Of a stretch of 55,906 nt of DNA, positions 1-8,695 are shown piece by piece. The first letter of the stretch is position 1; each line of letters starts with the position of its first letter. Position numbers and translations under genes: made by a program. The notes beneath the pieces were generated by a model. The model saw only the letters and a list, made by a program, of their open reading frames with translations. It ran no database searches and had not been told where the DNA came from. The DNA is taken from the NCBI GenBank assembly GCA_949292505.1, contig CASFAA010000198.1, positions 1-55,906 of the forward strand. The letters run 5' to 3'. This DNA is from an uncultured Oscillospiraceae bacterium. Its GTDB lineage: Bacteria; Bacillota; Clostridia; Oscillospirales; Acutalibacteraceae.

Positions 1-1
1 G

Positions 2-52
2 ACAGCGTGCGCGATTCTCGAGGAGACCGCGCGCCGCATGAAGGAGGTTTGA
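2..52 (+). CDS. 3' end of an upstream gene (partial, product unknown)
   Basis: Open frame TACAILEETARRMKEV* ends at TGA 50-52 and contains the SD (AAGGAGG) of the next gene, typical of translational coupling. Confidence 0.45.
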   Translation, partial: TACAILEETARRMKEV

Positions 53-54
53 CC

Positions 55-522
55 ATGGGAGCCACAGAAAAGCGAATGGAACAGCTCGGTATCCGGCTGC
101 AGCAGACGGACTGGCGCGGCAAGGGCACGGTGGACGCCGTCCTCGCGGGGGATCTGCTCTTTCTCTCGGCGCACTATCCCGTCGACGAAAACGGAAAGCC
201 CGTCTACGTCGGGCGCGTCGGCGCGGAGCTGACGGAGGAGGAGGCGTATCAGGCGGCCCGGCTGTGCGGCCTGAATATGCTGCGCACCATCCAGTTTACC
301 ATCGGCAGCCTCGACCGCGTCGACTGCTTTGTCAAGGCGCTCGGCCTCGTCAACAGCGCCGGGGATTTTTACAATATGCCGCCCGTAATGAACGGCTTCT
401 CCGATCTGATGGTCGAGATCTTCGGCCAGCGCGGACGCCATGCCCGCGCCGCGATGGGCGCGTATGTGCTCGAGGGGAATATGCCCGTCTGTGTGGACGC
501 CATCGTCCGCATCCGAAAGTGA
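55..522 (+). CDS. RidA/YjgF/YER057c/UK114 family protein (Atu1372-like subgroup)
   Basis: AAGGAGG SD then ATG 55; motifs GRVGAEL..EEAYQAARLCGLN, GSLDRV, NGFSDL..EIFG..GRHARAAMG. Confidence 0.85.
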   Translation: MGATEKRMEQLGIRLQQTDWRGKGTVDAVLAGDLLFLSAHYPVDENGKPVYVGRVGAELTEEEAYQAARLCGLNMLRTIQFTIGSLDRVDCFVKALGLVNSAGDFYNMPPVMNGFSDLMVEIFGQRGRHARAAMGAYVLEGNMPVCVDAIVRIRK

Positions 523-531
523 GGGCGCGCC

Positions 532-1017
532 ATGCTGTATGAGATTTCTGAGGACGGCCGCGCGGCGCGGTATCCGAAGGTCAAGGCGCTCATCCCGATC
601 CGCGAGGCCGGGGAGCTGGTCTTCGTCTCCGGTCACGGGCCGGAGGACATCAATACCTACGAGCCGCTGTACCGCGGCCGCGTCGGGGAGGAGCTGACGC
701 CGGAGGAGGGACGCCTTGCCGCCGCGGAGTGCGCCAAGACGCTGCTGCGCGCCGTCACGGAGCGGTACGGGACGCTCGACTGTATCGCAGGCCTCGTCCG
801 CGCGCTGATTCTCGTCAACTGCGGCGAGGGCTTTCAGGCGATCGGCGAGGTGGCGGACGGCTTTTCCGATCTTGTCGCCGAGGTGCTGCAGGAGCGCGGC
901 CGCCATGTGCGCACCGTGATGGGGACGCGCAATATGCCGAATCACAACATCCCCGTCGAGGTGGAGCTTATTTTCCGCCTCGCCCCGGGGTATGGAGAAA
1001 GGGGGTGTGGCGTGTGA
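532..1017 (+). CDS. RidA/YjgF family protein (second paralog)
   Basis: LVFVSGHGP, GRVGEELT.EEG, DGFSDL, GRHVRTVMG, IPVEVELI. Confidence 0.85.
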   Translation: MLYEISEDGRAARYPKVKALIPIREAGELVFVSGHGPEDINTYEPLYRGRVGEELTPEEGRLAAAECAKTLLRAVTERYGTLDCIAGLVRALILVNCGEGFQAIGEVADGFSDLVAEVLQERGRHVRTVMGTRNMPNHNIPVEVELIFRLAPGYGERGCGV

Positions 1018-2273
1018 CGCGCTGCGATCTGCTCATTCGGGGCGGGACGGTTTTTGACCCCGAGACGAAAGCCTTCACGCGCGGCGACGTCGCCGTCCGG
1101 GACGGAACCGTCGTTCTGCGCGGCGAAAACCTCCCGGAGGACGGGGCCGCTTCCGTTCTCGACGCGTCCGGCTGCCTGGTGTCGCCGGGACTCATCGATC
1201 TGCACTGCCATATCTATCCCGTCTTTCCGTACGTTCGGGAGGACTCCCTGCGCACCGTCAATGTCGAGGAGCACGCGCTGCGCGCCGGCGTGACGACGGC
1301 TGTCGACGCCGGAACGTGCGGCTGGCGCAATTTCGGAGATTTCAAGGAAAATGTCATCGACCGCACGAAGCTGCGCGTCCTCGCCTTCCTCGACATGGCC
1401 GCGAAGGGGATGGCCTACACCGATTCCGAGCAGGCCGTCGCCGACATCAACCCGCGGATCGCCGCCGCCGTCGCGCAGGAGTGGAGCGGCTGCATCGTCG
1501 GCTTCAAGAGCGCGCACTACTGGCCGCGCCATGAGGACGCGGCGCATCCTGCCTTCGCTTCCATCGACGGCGCGCTTGAGGCTGCCGAGCTGACGGGCAA
1601 GCGCGTCATGGTGGACAGCATCCCCGTCGTCCCGGAGCGCAGCTATCCGGCGATTCTGCGCCGCCTTCGCCCGGGGGATATTCACACGCACGTCTTCGCC
1701 CAGCAGTTCCCCCTGCTCGACGAGCAGAAGAAGGTCATGCCCTACCTGTGGGAGGAGCGCGAGCGCGGCGTGCATTTCGACGTCGGCCACGGCTCCGGCA
1801 GCTTCTGGTTCTGGCAGGCCGTCCCGTGCTTTGCGCAGGGCTTCTGGCCGGACACCATCTCGACCGATCTGCACCACCAGAACGTGACGGGCCCTGTCTT
1901 CGATTTGCTGAACGTCGCGAGCAAATTCCTCGCCATGGGGATGCCGCTCGCCGAGGTTCTGTACCGCGTCACGCGCGCCCCGGCTCTTGCGATTGACCAT
2001 CCGGAGCTCGGCGCCATCCGGGAAGGCGCGTGCGCCGACCTGGCCGTCCTGCGGCTGCGGGAGGGGCGCTTCGGGTACATCGATTGCGGAGGCGGCAGAC
2101 TTTCGGGGGAGGGCAAGCTCGAGTGCGTCGCCGCCGTCCGCGCGGGCGAGGTGCTCTACGACCCGGAGGCGCGCAGCGCGCCGGACTGGCAGGACGCGCC
2201 CGCGCCCTACTGGACGCCGCCCGGCCAGCTCAGAAGCTGGGAGCTTCGCACGGAAAAGGAGGGGACGCCATGA
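1014..2273 (+). CDS. Amidohydrolase/deacetylase family metallohydrolase (COG3964, dihydroorotase-like)
   Basis: GTG start overlapping upstream TGA; PGLIDLHCH, GVTTAVDAG, LRPGDIHTH, FDVGHGSGSF, PDTISTDLH. Confidence 0.85.
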   Translation: MTRCDLLIRGGTVFDPETKAFTRGDVAVRDGTVVLRGENLPEDGAASVLDASGCLVSPGLIDLHCHIYPVFPYVREDSLRTVNVEEHALRAGVTTAVDAGTCGWRNFGDFKENVIDRTKLRVLAFLDMAAKGMAYTDSEQAVADINPRIAAAVAQEWSGCIVGFKSAHYWPRHEDAAHPAFASIDGALEAAELTGKRVMVDSIPVVPERSYPAILRRLRPGDIHTHVFAQQFPLLDEQKKVMPYLWEERERGVHFDVGHGSGSFWFWQAVPCFAQGFWPDTISTDLHHQNVTGPVFDLLNVASKFLAMGMPLAEVLYRVTRAPALAIDHPELGAIREGACADLAVLRLREGRFGYIDCGGGRLSGEGKLECVAAVRAGEVLYDPEARSAPDWQDAPAPYWTPPGQLRSWELRTEKEGTP

Positions 2274-3214
2274 GGCTCAACGAGAGAGAGGACATTCTCG
2301 CCCTCACAGGCGAGTGGAAGGGCGAGCGGTTCCCGAACGGGAGGCCGAAGGTCGCCGACGATAAACTTGAGATTTTGAAAACCCTGACGCAGGAGGAGAT
2401 CTGGCATCCGCTCTACTTTTCCGGCTACCGTTTCCAGTTTCAGGGGAATCTGAGAACGCTGCATCCCGGCAAAAAGCTCTACGGCCGCGCCGTCACCTGC
2501 TGCTTCATGCCCCAGCGCCCCGACGTGCGCCGCGACGCCTTTGGCTCCGCCGCCGCCAGGGGCTGGAAGGGGGACTGCAACCAGTGGGTGATCGACAGCC
2601 TTGCCGAGGGCGACGTCGTCGTCTGCGATCTTTACGACAAGATCTTCAAGGGCACCTTTGTCGGCGGCAACCTGACGACGGCGATTAAGGCGCGCACGAA
2701 GACGGGCGGGGCCGTCGTGTGGGGCGGCGTCCGCGACGTCGAGCAGATGAAGAAGATCGACGCGCAGGTCTACTTCCGCGGCGTCGACCCGACGCCGATC
2801 CGAGACTGCCAGATCGTCTCCTTCAACGGCCCGTGCCGCATCGGCGAGGCCGTCTGCCTGCCGGGCGACATTGTGATTGGCTCGGAGAACGGCGTTCTGT
2901 TCCTGCCGAGCCACATGGTTGATTTCGTGATTGAGAATGCGTTCAAGATGCAGGCAAGGGATCTCTACGCCTTCCCGAAGCTTGAGGCCGGCGTTTACAC
3001 GACCGCCGACGTCGACGCGCCCGTCTGGCCGCTGCCGATGCTCGAGGAGCTTATCGCCTTTTTGGAGAACGACCCGCGCGGAGAGCGCTACCGCGGCCTT
3101 GACTGGAGCCTCGAGCGGCGCGCGGCGCAGGGCGAGGAGAAGGCGGTCGAGGAGATTCTGCGGCGGTTCGATATTGAGCCGCTCGCGCCGGGAGAGGGGG
3201 TTGCCTTTCTGTGA
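2270..3214 (+). CDS. RraA-family protein (HMG/CHA aldolase-like, long form)
   Basis: ATGA overlap; GRAVT, GDVVVCD, GGNLTT, GGAVVWGGVRD, PGDIVIG..NGVLFLP. Confidence 0.8.
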   Translation: MRLNEREDILALTGEWKGERFPNGRPKVADDKLEILKTLTQEEIWHPLYFSGYRFQFQGNLRTLHPGKKLYGRAVTCCFMPQRPDVRRDAFGSAAARGWKGDCNQWVIDSLAEGDVVVCDLYDKIFKGTFVGGNLTTAIKARTKTGGAVVWGGVRDVEQMKKIDAQVYFRGVDPTPIRDCQIVSFNGPCRIGEAVCLPGDIVIGSENGVLFLPSHMVDFVIENAFKMQARDLYAFPKLEAGVYTTADVDAPVWPLPMLEELIAFLENDPRGERYRGLDWSLERRAAQGEEKAVEEILRRFDIEPLAPGEGVAFL

Positions 3215-4029
3215 GAGAGAAAACGATAGGAAACTATAACCGCCTGCTCGAGGGCAAGACGGTGTTCGTCACGACGGCGGCGCGCGGGATCGGCAAGAGC
3301 ATTGCCGTCCTTTTTGCGCGGCAGGGCGCGGCGGTGTTCTTTGCCGGGCGCAACGAAGCCTACGTCCGCCGGACGGAGGAGGAGCTCCGGCTGCTCCATC
3401 CCGATTGCCGCGGCTACGTCTGCGACCTCTCGAATGCGGAGGACAGCGAACGAACGGCGGCGGAGGCGATGCGCGACTCCGGCGGTATCGACATCCTCGT
3501 GAGCACCGTCGGCATCAACTGCCACTGCACCGTCGACAATTACCTCGACGAGGACATGCTGCGCCTGCTCGAGACCAACTATCTCAGCGGATTGCGCTTT
3601 GCGCGGCGCTTCGCCCCGTCTCTGCGCGCACGGCGCGGCTGCGTCGTCAACATCTCGTCGATCCACAGCACGCTGACGGAGCCGACCAATATGCTCTACG
3701 CAGGCACGAAGGGCGCGATGAACGCAGCCGCCCGTGCCATGGCGCTCGATTTCGCGGCAGACGGCGTCCGCGTCAACACCGTCTGCCCCGGTCTGATTCT
3801 CAGCGATGTGATGCAGGATCTGATGGAATCCATGGAGACCCGGGAGGAGCAGGAGGCGTTCGTCCGACACTGCGATCGCTGCCAGCCGCTGCCAGCCGGC
3901 TGCATGGAAGACATCGCGAACGCCGCCCTTTACTTTGCGTCCGACATGGCCGCCTATGTGACCGGGCAGGCGCTGATGGTTGACGGCGGAGCAAGCGTCC
4001 TAGCGCATCACGCACGCAATGATGTGTAA
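3211..4029 (+). CDS. SDR family NAD(P)-dependent oxidoreductase
   Basis: TTAARGIG Rossmann motif, NISS, YAGTK (YxxxK), VRVNTVCPG, VTGQALMVDGG. Confidence 0.9.
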   Translation: MREKTIGNYNRLLEGKTVFVTTAARGIGKSIAVLFARQGAAVFFAGRNEAYVRRTEEELRLLHPDCRGYVCDLSNAEDSERTAAEAMRDSGGIDILVSTVGINCHCTVDNYLDEDMLRLLETNYLSGLRFARRFAPSLRARRGCVVNISSIHSTLTEPTNMLYAGTKGAMNAAARAMALDFAADGVRVNTVCPGLILSDVMQDLMESMETREEQEAFVRHCDRCQPLPAGCMEDIANAALYFASDMAAYVTGQALMVDGGASVLAHHARNDV

Positions 4030-4034
4030 AGGGG

Positions 4035-4976
4035 GTGGGCTTTGTGAAGGAAATCAACTTTATTCTATCCGGCTATAGTGAGACGGGAGAGGATATCGTG
4101 CTTGCCCGCGCGTCGGAGAAGGACGGCGCGACGCGCCTCGGCGGTGTGCGCCACGGCGAGAATCCGTCCTTCTGCTGCCTCCTCGGCGGTACGGTCTACG
4201 CCGTCTCCGAGCTGCCCGACAGAGCGGCTGTCACGGCCTACGCGCTGCGTGACGGCGCGCTCTTGCCCCTGCGCCGCATTGAGCTGCCGGGAAAGCGCGG
4301 CCTGTGTCACCTTGCGGCGATCGGCGGCGTCCTTTACGGGAGCTGCTACGAGAGCGGTCACTATTTCGCTCTCGACGCGCAGCTCTCCCACGTCCTGTGG
4401 GAGTATCTTCCCGCGGGAACGCCGCGCGGTCACTGGGCGGCGGAGATATGCGGCGCGCTTCTCCTCGCGGACCTCGGAAACGACAGGCTTTACCGCTTCG
4501 CCCTCTCGGGCGGACTTGCCTCCGGCGCGCCGGAGCAGCTGCCGTTCCCCGTGGGGAGCGGCCCGCGCCAGCCGATTGCGCTGCCGGGAGGCGGCTGTGC
4601 GGTCGTCTGCGAGCTCGACGGCCAGGTTCGTTTTTTCCGCGGAGACGGCAGTCTCCTCGCTTCTCTGCCCGCGAGCCGCCTGCCCGGGCCAAACGCGCCG
4701 GGAGGGGCGTGTCTGCTCGGCGATACGCTTTTTGTGGGCAACCGCGGGCCCGACACCGTCTCCGCCTTTTCTCTCGCTCCGGGCGGCCCTGTCCGCGCCG
4801 GAGAATGGAAGACGGGCTCCTGGCCGCGAGGTCTCGCCGCTTTTGCGGATGACGGATTTCTTCTTACCGCGTGCAGCCGCGACAGCTCTGTATGGCTCTC
4901 CCGCTGGGACGGTGAAACGCTTGCGGTGAGGGCGGTGCTTCCGCTTCCGCAGGCGTCGTGCGTTCTTCCCTTGTGA
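4035..4976 (+). CDS. Lactonase-family beta-propeller protein (6-phosphogluconolactonase-like, divergent)
   Basis: NPSF, YAVSE, ADLGNDRLY, GSGPRQ, VVCELD, GNRGPDTVSAF, GSWPR. Confidence 0.7.
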   Translation: MGFVKEINFILSGYSETGEDIVLARASEKDGATRLGGVRHGENPSFCCLLGGTVYAVSELPDRAAVTAYALRDGALLPLRRIELPGKRGLCHLAAIGGVLYGSCYESGHYFALDAQLSHVLWEYLPAGTPRGHWAAEICGALLLADLGNDRLYRFALSGGLASGAPEQLPFPVGSGPRQPIALPGGGCAVVCELDGQVRFFRGDGSLLASLPASRLPGPNAPGGACLLGDTLFVGNRGPDTVSAFSLAPGGPVRAGEWKTGSWPRGLAAFADDGFLLTACSRDSSVWLSRWDGETLAVRAVLPLPQASCVLPL

Positions 4977-4994
4977 CGTCTCTGAACTGTTCCG

Positions 4995-5033
4995 AAACCC
5001 GCACGGCCAAGCTTTTTGGCCATGCGGGTTTTG
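4995..5033 (+). terminator. Intrinsic terminator-like hairpin ending the catabolic operon
   Basis: AAACCCGCAcGGCCA...TGGCCaTGCGGGTTTT inverted repeat. Confidence 0.6.
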
Positions 5034-5086
5034 TCGTATCTCAACAATTCTTTATGGCGTGTAAAGAGATCAATATGAAGTTTGTG

Positions 5087-5115
5087 GTGAAAAAAGGCGC
5101 TGACAATGGTACAAT
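5087..5115 (+). promoter_or_regulatory. SigA-like promoter of the sensor kinase
   Basis: GTGAAA-17-TACAAT with TG extension. Confidence 0.45.
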
Positions 5116-5173
5116 GAAGGGGAACGAGGCGTGCCTGCGCCCCGGACGAAACCCGAGGAAGGGAGGGGCGCAT

Positions 5174-6976
5174 ATGAAGCGGAAGGAAAGAGGAACGGTG
5201 CTGACTTACAGCCTGCCCAGGCGGCTGGTTGTACTTTTCCTGGCGTTTGCCCTTGTTGTCTATGCTGTCGGCATGGCAGTGACAGGCCATCTGCGCGCGA
5301 ACGCCGAGGAGGATCTGCAGAGCGACTATAAGAGCCGCATCTCACAGCTGTCCTCCCAGCTCGACGACGAGTTTTCGCGCATCCAGTCGCAGATGACCTA
5401 TATTCTCACGCGTTCGTGCGTTCAGCAGATGGAGCTGATGACGGCTTCCGTGCAGTTTTCGGAGTATTACGACGCAGTGCGGCAGACGTCGGAGCTGATT
5501 CACTCCCTGCAGAACTCGAGCGGACTGATTGAGCACGCCGTCATCTTTTTCCCGCGCCTCGGAAAATCGGTGTCGTATGACAGTGTGTACGACACCATCG
5601 CGCAGACGGAATACCAGTTCCTCGAGGACTATCAGAAGGTGCAGGGGCGCTCTGTTTTCATGCAGGTGGACGGATCGCTCTACCTGGTCTCCGACTCCAT
5701 GCGCTTTGCAGACAAGACAAATTCCGCCGTCCTCGCCGTCGAGTTCTCACGCAGCGCCATCGCGGAGTGGTGCGCTTTCTTTCAGGAGGGCGACGCGATT
5801 AGCCTTCTCTACCGGGGAGCCGGCTCCCAGCCGTACGCCGTGTTCGGCCAGGCGCTTACGGCGGAGGATAAGGAGGAATTTCTCCGTGATCTCCGCGCGC
5901 TCGAGATGGAAAGAAAGGATTTGGCGGAGGAGGACGCGCCGCTTTCCGCGAAGGATTTGCCCGAGGAGACTGCTGTAACGCTTTTCGGTTCGCATTTCCT
6001 GCGCTTCCTTTATCCCGTCTCGGGAGGCTCTCTGTGGGCGGCGGGATATGTTAACGAGGAAAGCCTCCGGGCTGCGGGCGAGCCCTTCTTTGCCTGGCAG
6101 GTGACCTTCACCCTGATTCTCCTGCTGGAGCTTACGCTTTTTTTCTATTTGATTCACCGCATGATTGCGAAGCCGATGGAGCGCTTCCTCAACGAAGTCA
6201 GCCAGCTCAAGGAGGAGGGCGTCGAGCTCCCGCAGACAGAGGAGAGCGGAGATATGGATTTTCTGTACCGCTCGTTTGTCGACGTCAGCGAAAAGCTCCG
6301 CGTGTCCATGGAGCAGACGTACCGCAGCAAGCTGATGGTGTACCAGTCGGAGATCAAGTTTATTCAGGCGCAGGTGCGCCCGCATTTTCTCTATAACAGC
6401 TTTTACCATCTCTACCGCATGGCGAAGATGGAGGACAACGAAGGCGTGGCCGAGATGAGCCTGCGTCTGAGCTCGTACTACCGCTATATCACGCGAAGCG
6501 ACCAGAACGTCGTTCCGCTGCAGATGGAGTACCACAACGCCGCCGACTACGTTGAGATCCAGAAGATCCGGTTCGGTGATCGCATTTCGGTTGAACTCGA
6601 GCCGCTTCCGGCGGAATTTCAGAATCTGCCCGTGCCGCGCTTTGTGCTTCAGCCGCTCTTTGAGAACGCATACAATCACGGCGTCGAGAAAATCACCGAG
6701 GGGCGAATTGTGATGCGCTTCGTCCCGACGGCGGAAACGCTCGCCATCCTCGTGGAAAACAACGGCGCCTGCCCGCAGGAGGATCTCGACGCGCTGACCG
6801 CCTATCTGGAGCGCGAGGACGGGAGCGAGCAGATGACGGCGCTCAAAAACGTCAAGGGCCGCATGAAGCTTCTCGGCGGCGATCTGACCGTCTCGCGCGG
6901 GAGCCTCGGCGGCTTCTGCGCCACGCTGACCCTGCAGCGGAACAGGGAGGAGGAGGACACATGCAAACCATCCTGA
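5174..6976 (+). CDS. YesM-like sensor histidine kinase
   Basis: Two TM segments; IQAQVRPHFLYNS H-box, QKIRFGDRI, LQPLFENAYNHG; ATG after GGAGGG. Confidence 0.9.
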   Translation: MKRKERGTVLTYSLPRRLVVLFLAFALVVYAVGMAVTGHLRANAEEDLQSDYKSRISQLSSQLDDEFSRIQSQMTYILTRSCVQQMELMTASVQFSEYYDAVRQTSELIHSLQNSSGLIEHAVIFFPRLGKSVSYDSVYDTIAQTEYQFLEDYQKVQGRSVFMQVDGSLYLVSDSMRFADKTNSAVLAVEFSRSAIAEWCAFFQEGDAISLLYRGAGSQPYAVFGQALTAEDKEEFLRDLRALEMERKDLAEEDAPLSAKDLPEETAVTLFGSHFLRFLYPVSGGSLWAAGYVNEESLRAAGEPFFAWQVTFTLILLLELTLFFYLIHRMIAKPMERFLNEVSQLKEEGVELPQTEESGDMDFLYRSFVDVSEKLRVSMEQTYRSKLMVYQSEIKFIQAQVRPHFLYNSFYHLYRMAKMEDNEGVAEMSLRLSSYYRYITRSDQNVVPLQMEYHNAADYVEIQKIRFGDRISVELEPLPAEFQNLPVPRFVLQPLFENAYNHGVEKITEGRIVMRFVPTAETLAILVENNGACPQEDLDALTAYLEREDGSEQMTALKNVKGRMKLLGGDLTVSRGSLGGFCATLTLQRNREEEDTCKPS

Positions 6977-8580
6977 TTGTAGACGACGAACCGAATATTG
7001 TGGAAGGGCTTGCCAGCCAGCTGCAGCAGAGCTACGGAGACCGGGCGATTATTTTCCGCTCGTTCTCCGGTACGCACGCGCTTTCCATCCTGCAGAACAA
7101 TCAGGTGGACGTCATCCTCTCCGACGTCTGTATGCCTGATCTCGACGGGCTTTCCCTGATTGAGGAGACGGAGAAGCTCTGGCCGCGGGCGCATTTCGTC
7201 TTCCTGAGCGGCTTTGACGATTTCCAGTATATCCACCGCGCCTCGAAGTCGCCGCTGTATCACGGCTATCTGCTCAAGACGGAGGGAGACGATGTCGTCC
7301 TCCAAAAGATCGACCAGGAGATCCGCCTGTGCGAGGAGGAGTCCCGCGCGGAGCTCGAGCAGGGAGAGCTGCGCCGTCAGTACGGCCAAATGCAGGAATT
7401 CCTGCAGCGCGCCGCCCTTGAGAGTATCCTGCGCGGCGGCGCGTCGTGGGAGGACGTTTCCTCCCGCTTTTCCGGCTTCCCTCTCGGCTTTGATGCGGGG
7501 AGTCCCGTTTTTCTGATTCTCGGAAAGGACCAGAAGGCTTCCTCCTCCGACCGTCTCGCGACGCTGCTGAAAATCGACCGCCTGCTCTCGCTGCGGCTGA
7601 CGCGCTTCTGCTTTGTTTCGCTCCTGCCGGAGGAGGGCTTCCTCGTCTGGCTGATCCAGAGCGCCGGCGTGCCGCAGAAGGGCGACGAAAGCTATCTCTA
7701 CGCCCTGCTTGAATCCATCCAGCAGCGCCTCTCGGAGTCGGAGGACTCGCCCGTCAGCTTCTTTGTCGGCACGCCGTGCGAGTTCCCGCGCCTCGCGGAG
7801 AAATACGGCCTGCTTCGCCGCCTGTGCGCCCTTCTCGCGCCCGGAGGAGATCGCCTCGTCATGGCCTATGAGGAGACCTGCGCGAAGCACGTCCTCGGCA
7901 GGGAGAGCGACGCCGTCGGAGAACAGCTCCGTTTTACGCGCCTTGTGCAGCAGACGGAGCGCGCCCTGCGTGCCGGAACCAGAGAGGAGGCCTCCGCAAT
8001 TCTGCGCGAAGCCCTCTCCGGCCAGACGGGCGCCGCGCGCCCCGAGCAGCTCCTGACGCTCCTCGGCCTGACGCTTCAGATTGGCCGCGAGGTGGACGAG
8101 GGCTGGTCGGGCGAGGAGGAGATCCGCGCCCTGACGGACGTGCTGCTGCAGGGCGGCGTCGTCGAATGGGAGAGCCTCGGCCCGCGCCTTCTCGGGCAGT
8201 GCGAGCAGATCTGCCGCCTGCGCGAGCTTCGGGATGCCCATGACGCTCAAACTGTCGTCGCGAGGATCAACCGCTACATCGAGGAGAGCGTCGAGAGCTA
8301 TGATCTTTCTCTGACGGAGCTCGCGCGACGCATCGGCTTCAATCCCTCGTACCTTTCCCGCTTCTACCGCATCCATACGGGCCGCAAGCTTTCCGAGCAG
8401 ATTGACGGGGCAAAGCTCCAGCACGCAAAGGAGCTTCTCCTCGCCGGAGAGCTCATCAAGAACGTCGCGGAGCGCACCGGTTTCGCCTCGCCGTCTGCCT
8501 TTATCCTCTTTTTCAAGCGCAACACCGGCATGACGCCCGGCCAGTTCTGTGATTCCTCTTCCCGCACTTCGCAAAAGTAA
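6961..8580 (+). CDS. YesN-like response regulator (REC + AraC HTH)
   Basis: ILIVDDE, SDVCMP.LDG, SGFDDF.Y; C-terminal FNPSYLSRF, VAERTGF..PSAF...FKRNTGMTP. Confidence 0.9.
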   Translation: MQTILIVDDEPNIVEGLASQLQQSYGDRAIIFRSFSGTHALSILQNNQVDVILSDVCMPDLDGLSLIEETEKLWPRAHFVFLSGFDDFQYIHRASKSPLYHGYLLKTEGDDVVLQKIDQEIRLCEEESRAELEQGELRRQYGQMQEFLQRAALESILRGGASWEDVSSRFSGFPLGFDAGSPVFLILGKDQKASSSDRLATLLKIDRLLSLRLTRFCFVSLLPEEGFLVWLIQSAGVPQKGDESYLYALLESIQQRLSESEDSPVSFFVGTPCEFPRLAEKYGLLRRLCALLAPGGDRLVMAYEETCAKHVLGRESDAVGEQLRFTRLVQQTERALRAGTREEASAILREALSGQTGAARPEQLLTLLGLTLQIGREVDEGWSGEEEIRALTDVLLQGGVVEWESLGPRLLGQCEQICRLRELRDAHDAQTVVARINRYIEESVESYDLSLTELARRIGFNPSYLSRFYRIHTGRKLSEQIDGAKLQHAKELLLAGELIKNVAERTGFASPSAFILFFKRNTGMTPGQFCDSSSRTSQK

Positions 8581-8612
8581 ACAGATGAAAACAGCAGGTA
8601 AAACCAAATTGA

Positions 8613-8641
8613 TTGAAAAGAATTAGGGGAAAAGCTACAAT
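8613..8641 (+). promoter_or_regulatory. SigA-like promoter of the ABC operon
   Basis: TTGAAA-17-TACAAT in AT-rich intergenic DNA. Confidence 0.55.
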
Positions 8642-8695
8642 TAAGACAGAATCAATCAGATAATTTTGGTTGCATTGCGAAAGGAGGATTTTTAC

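Noticed and set aside
729-1013. Upstream extensions of track ORFs (also 2030, 4958, 18534, 28472, 30627, 32635, 43154 and minus-strand 42087, 42296)
   Set aside because: They overlap neighbouring genes or promoters; downstream starts have SD sequences or stop/start overlaps and match family N-termini
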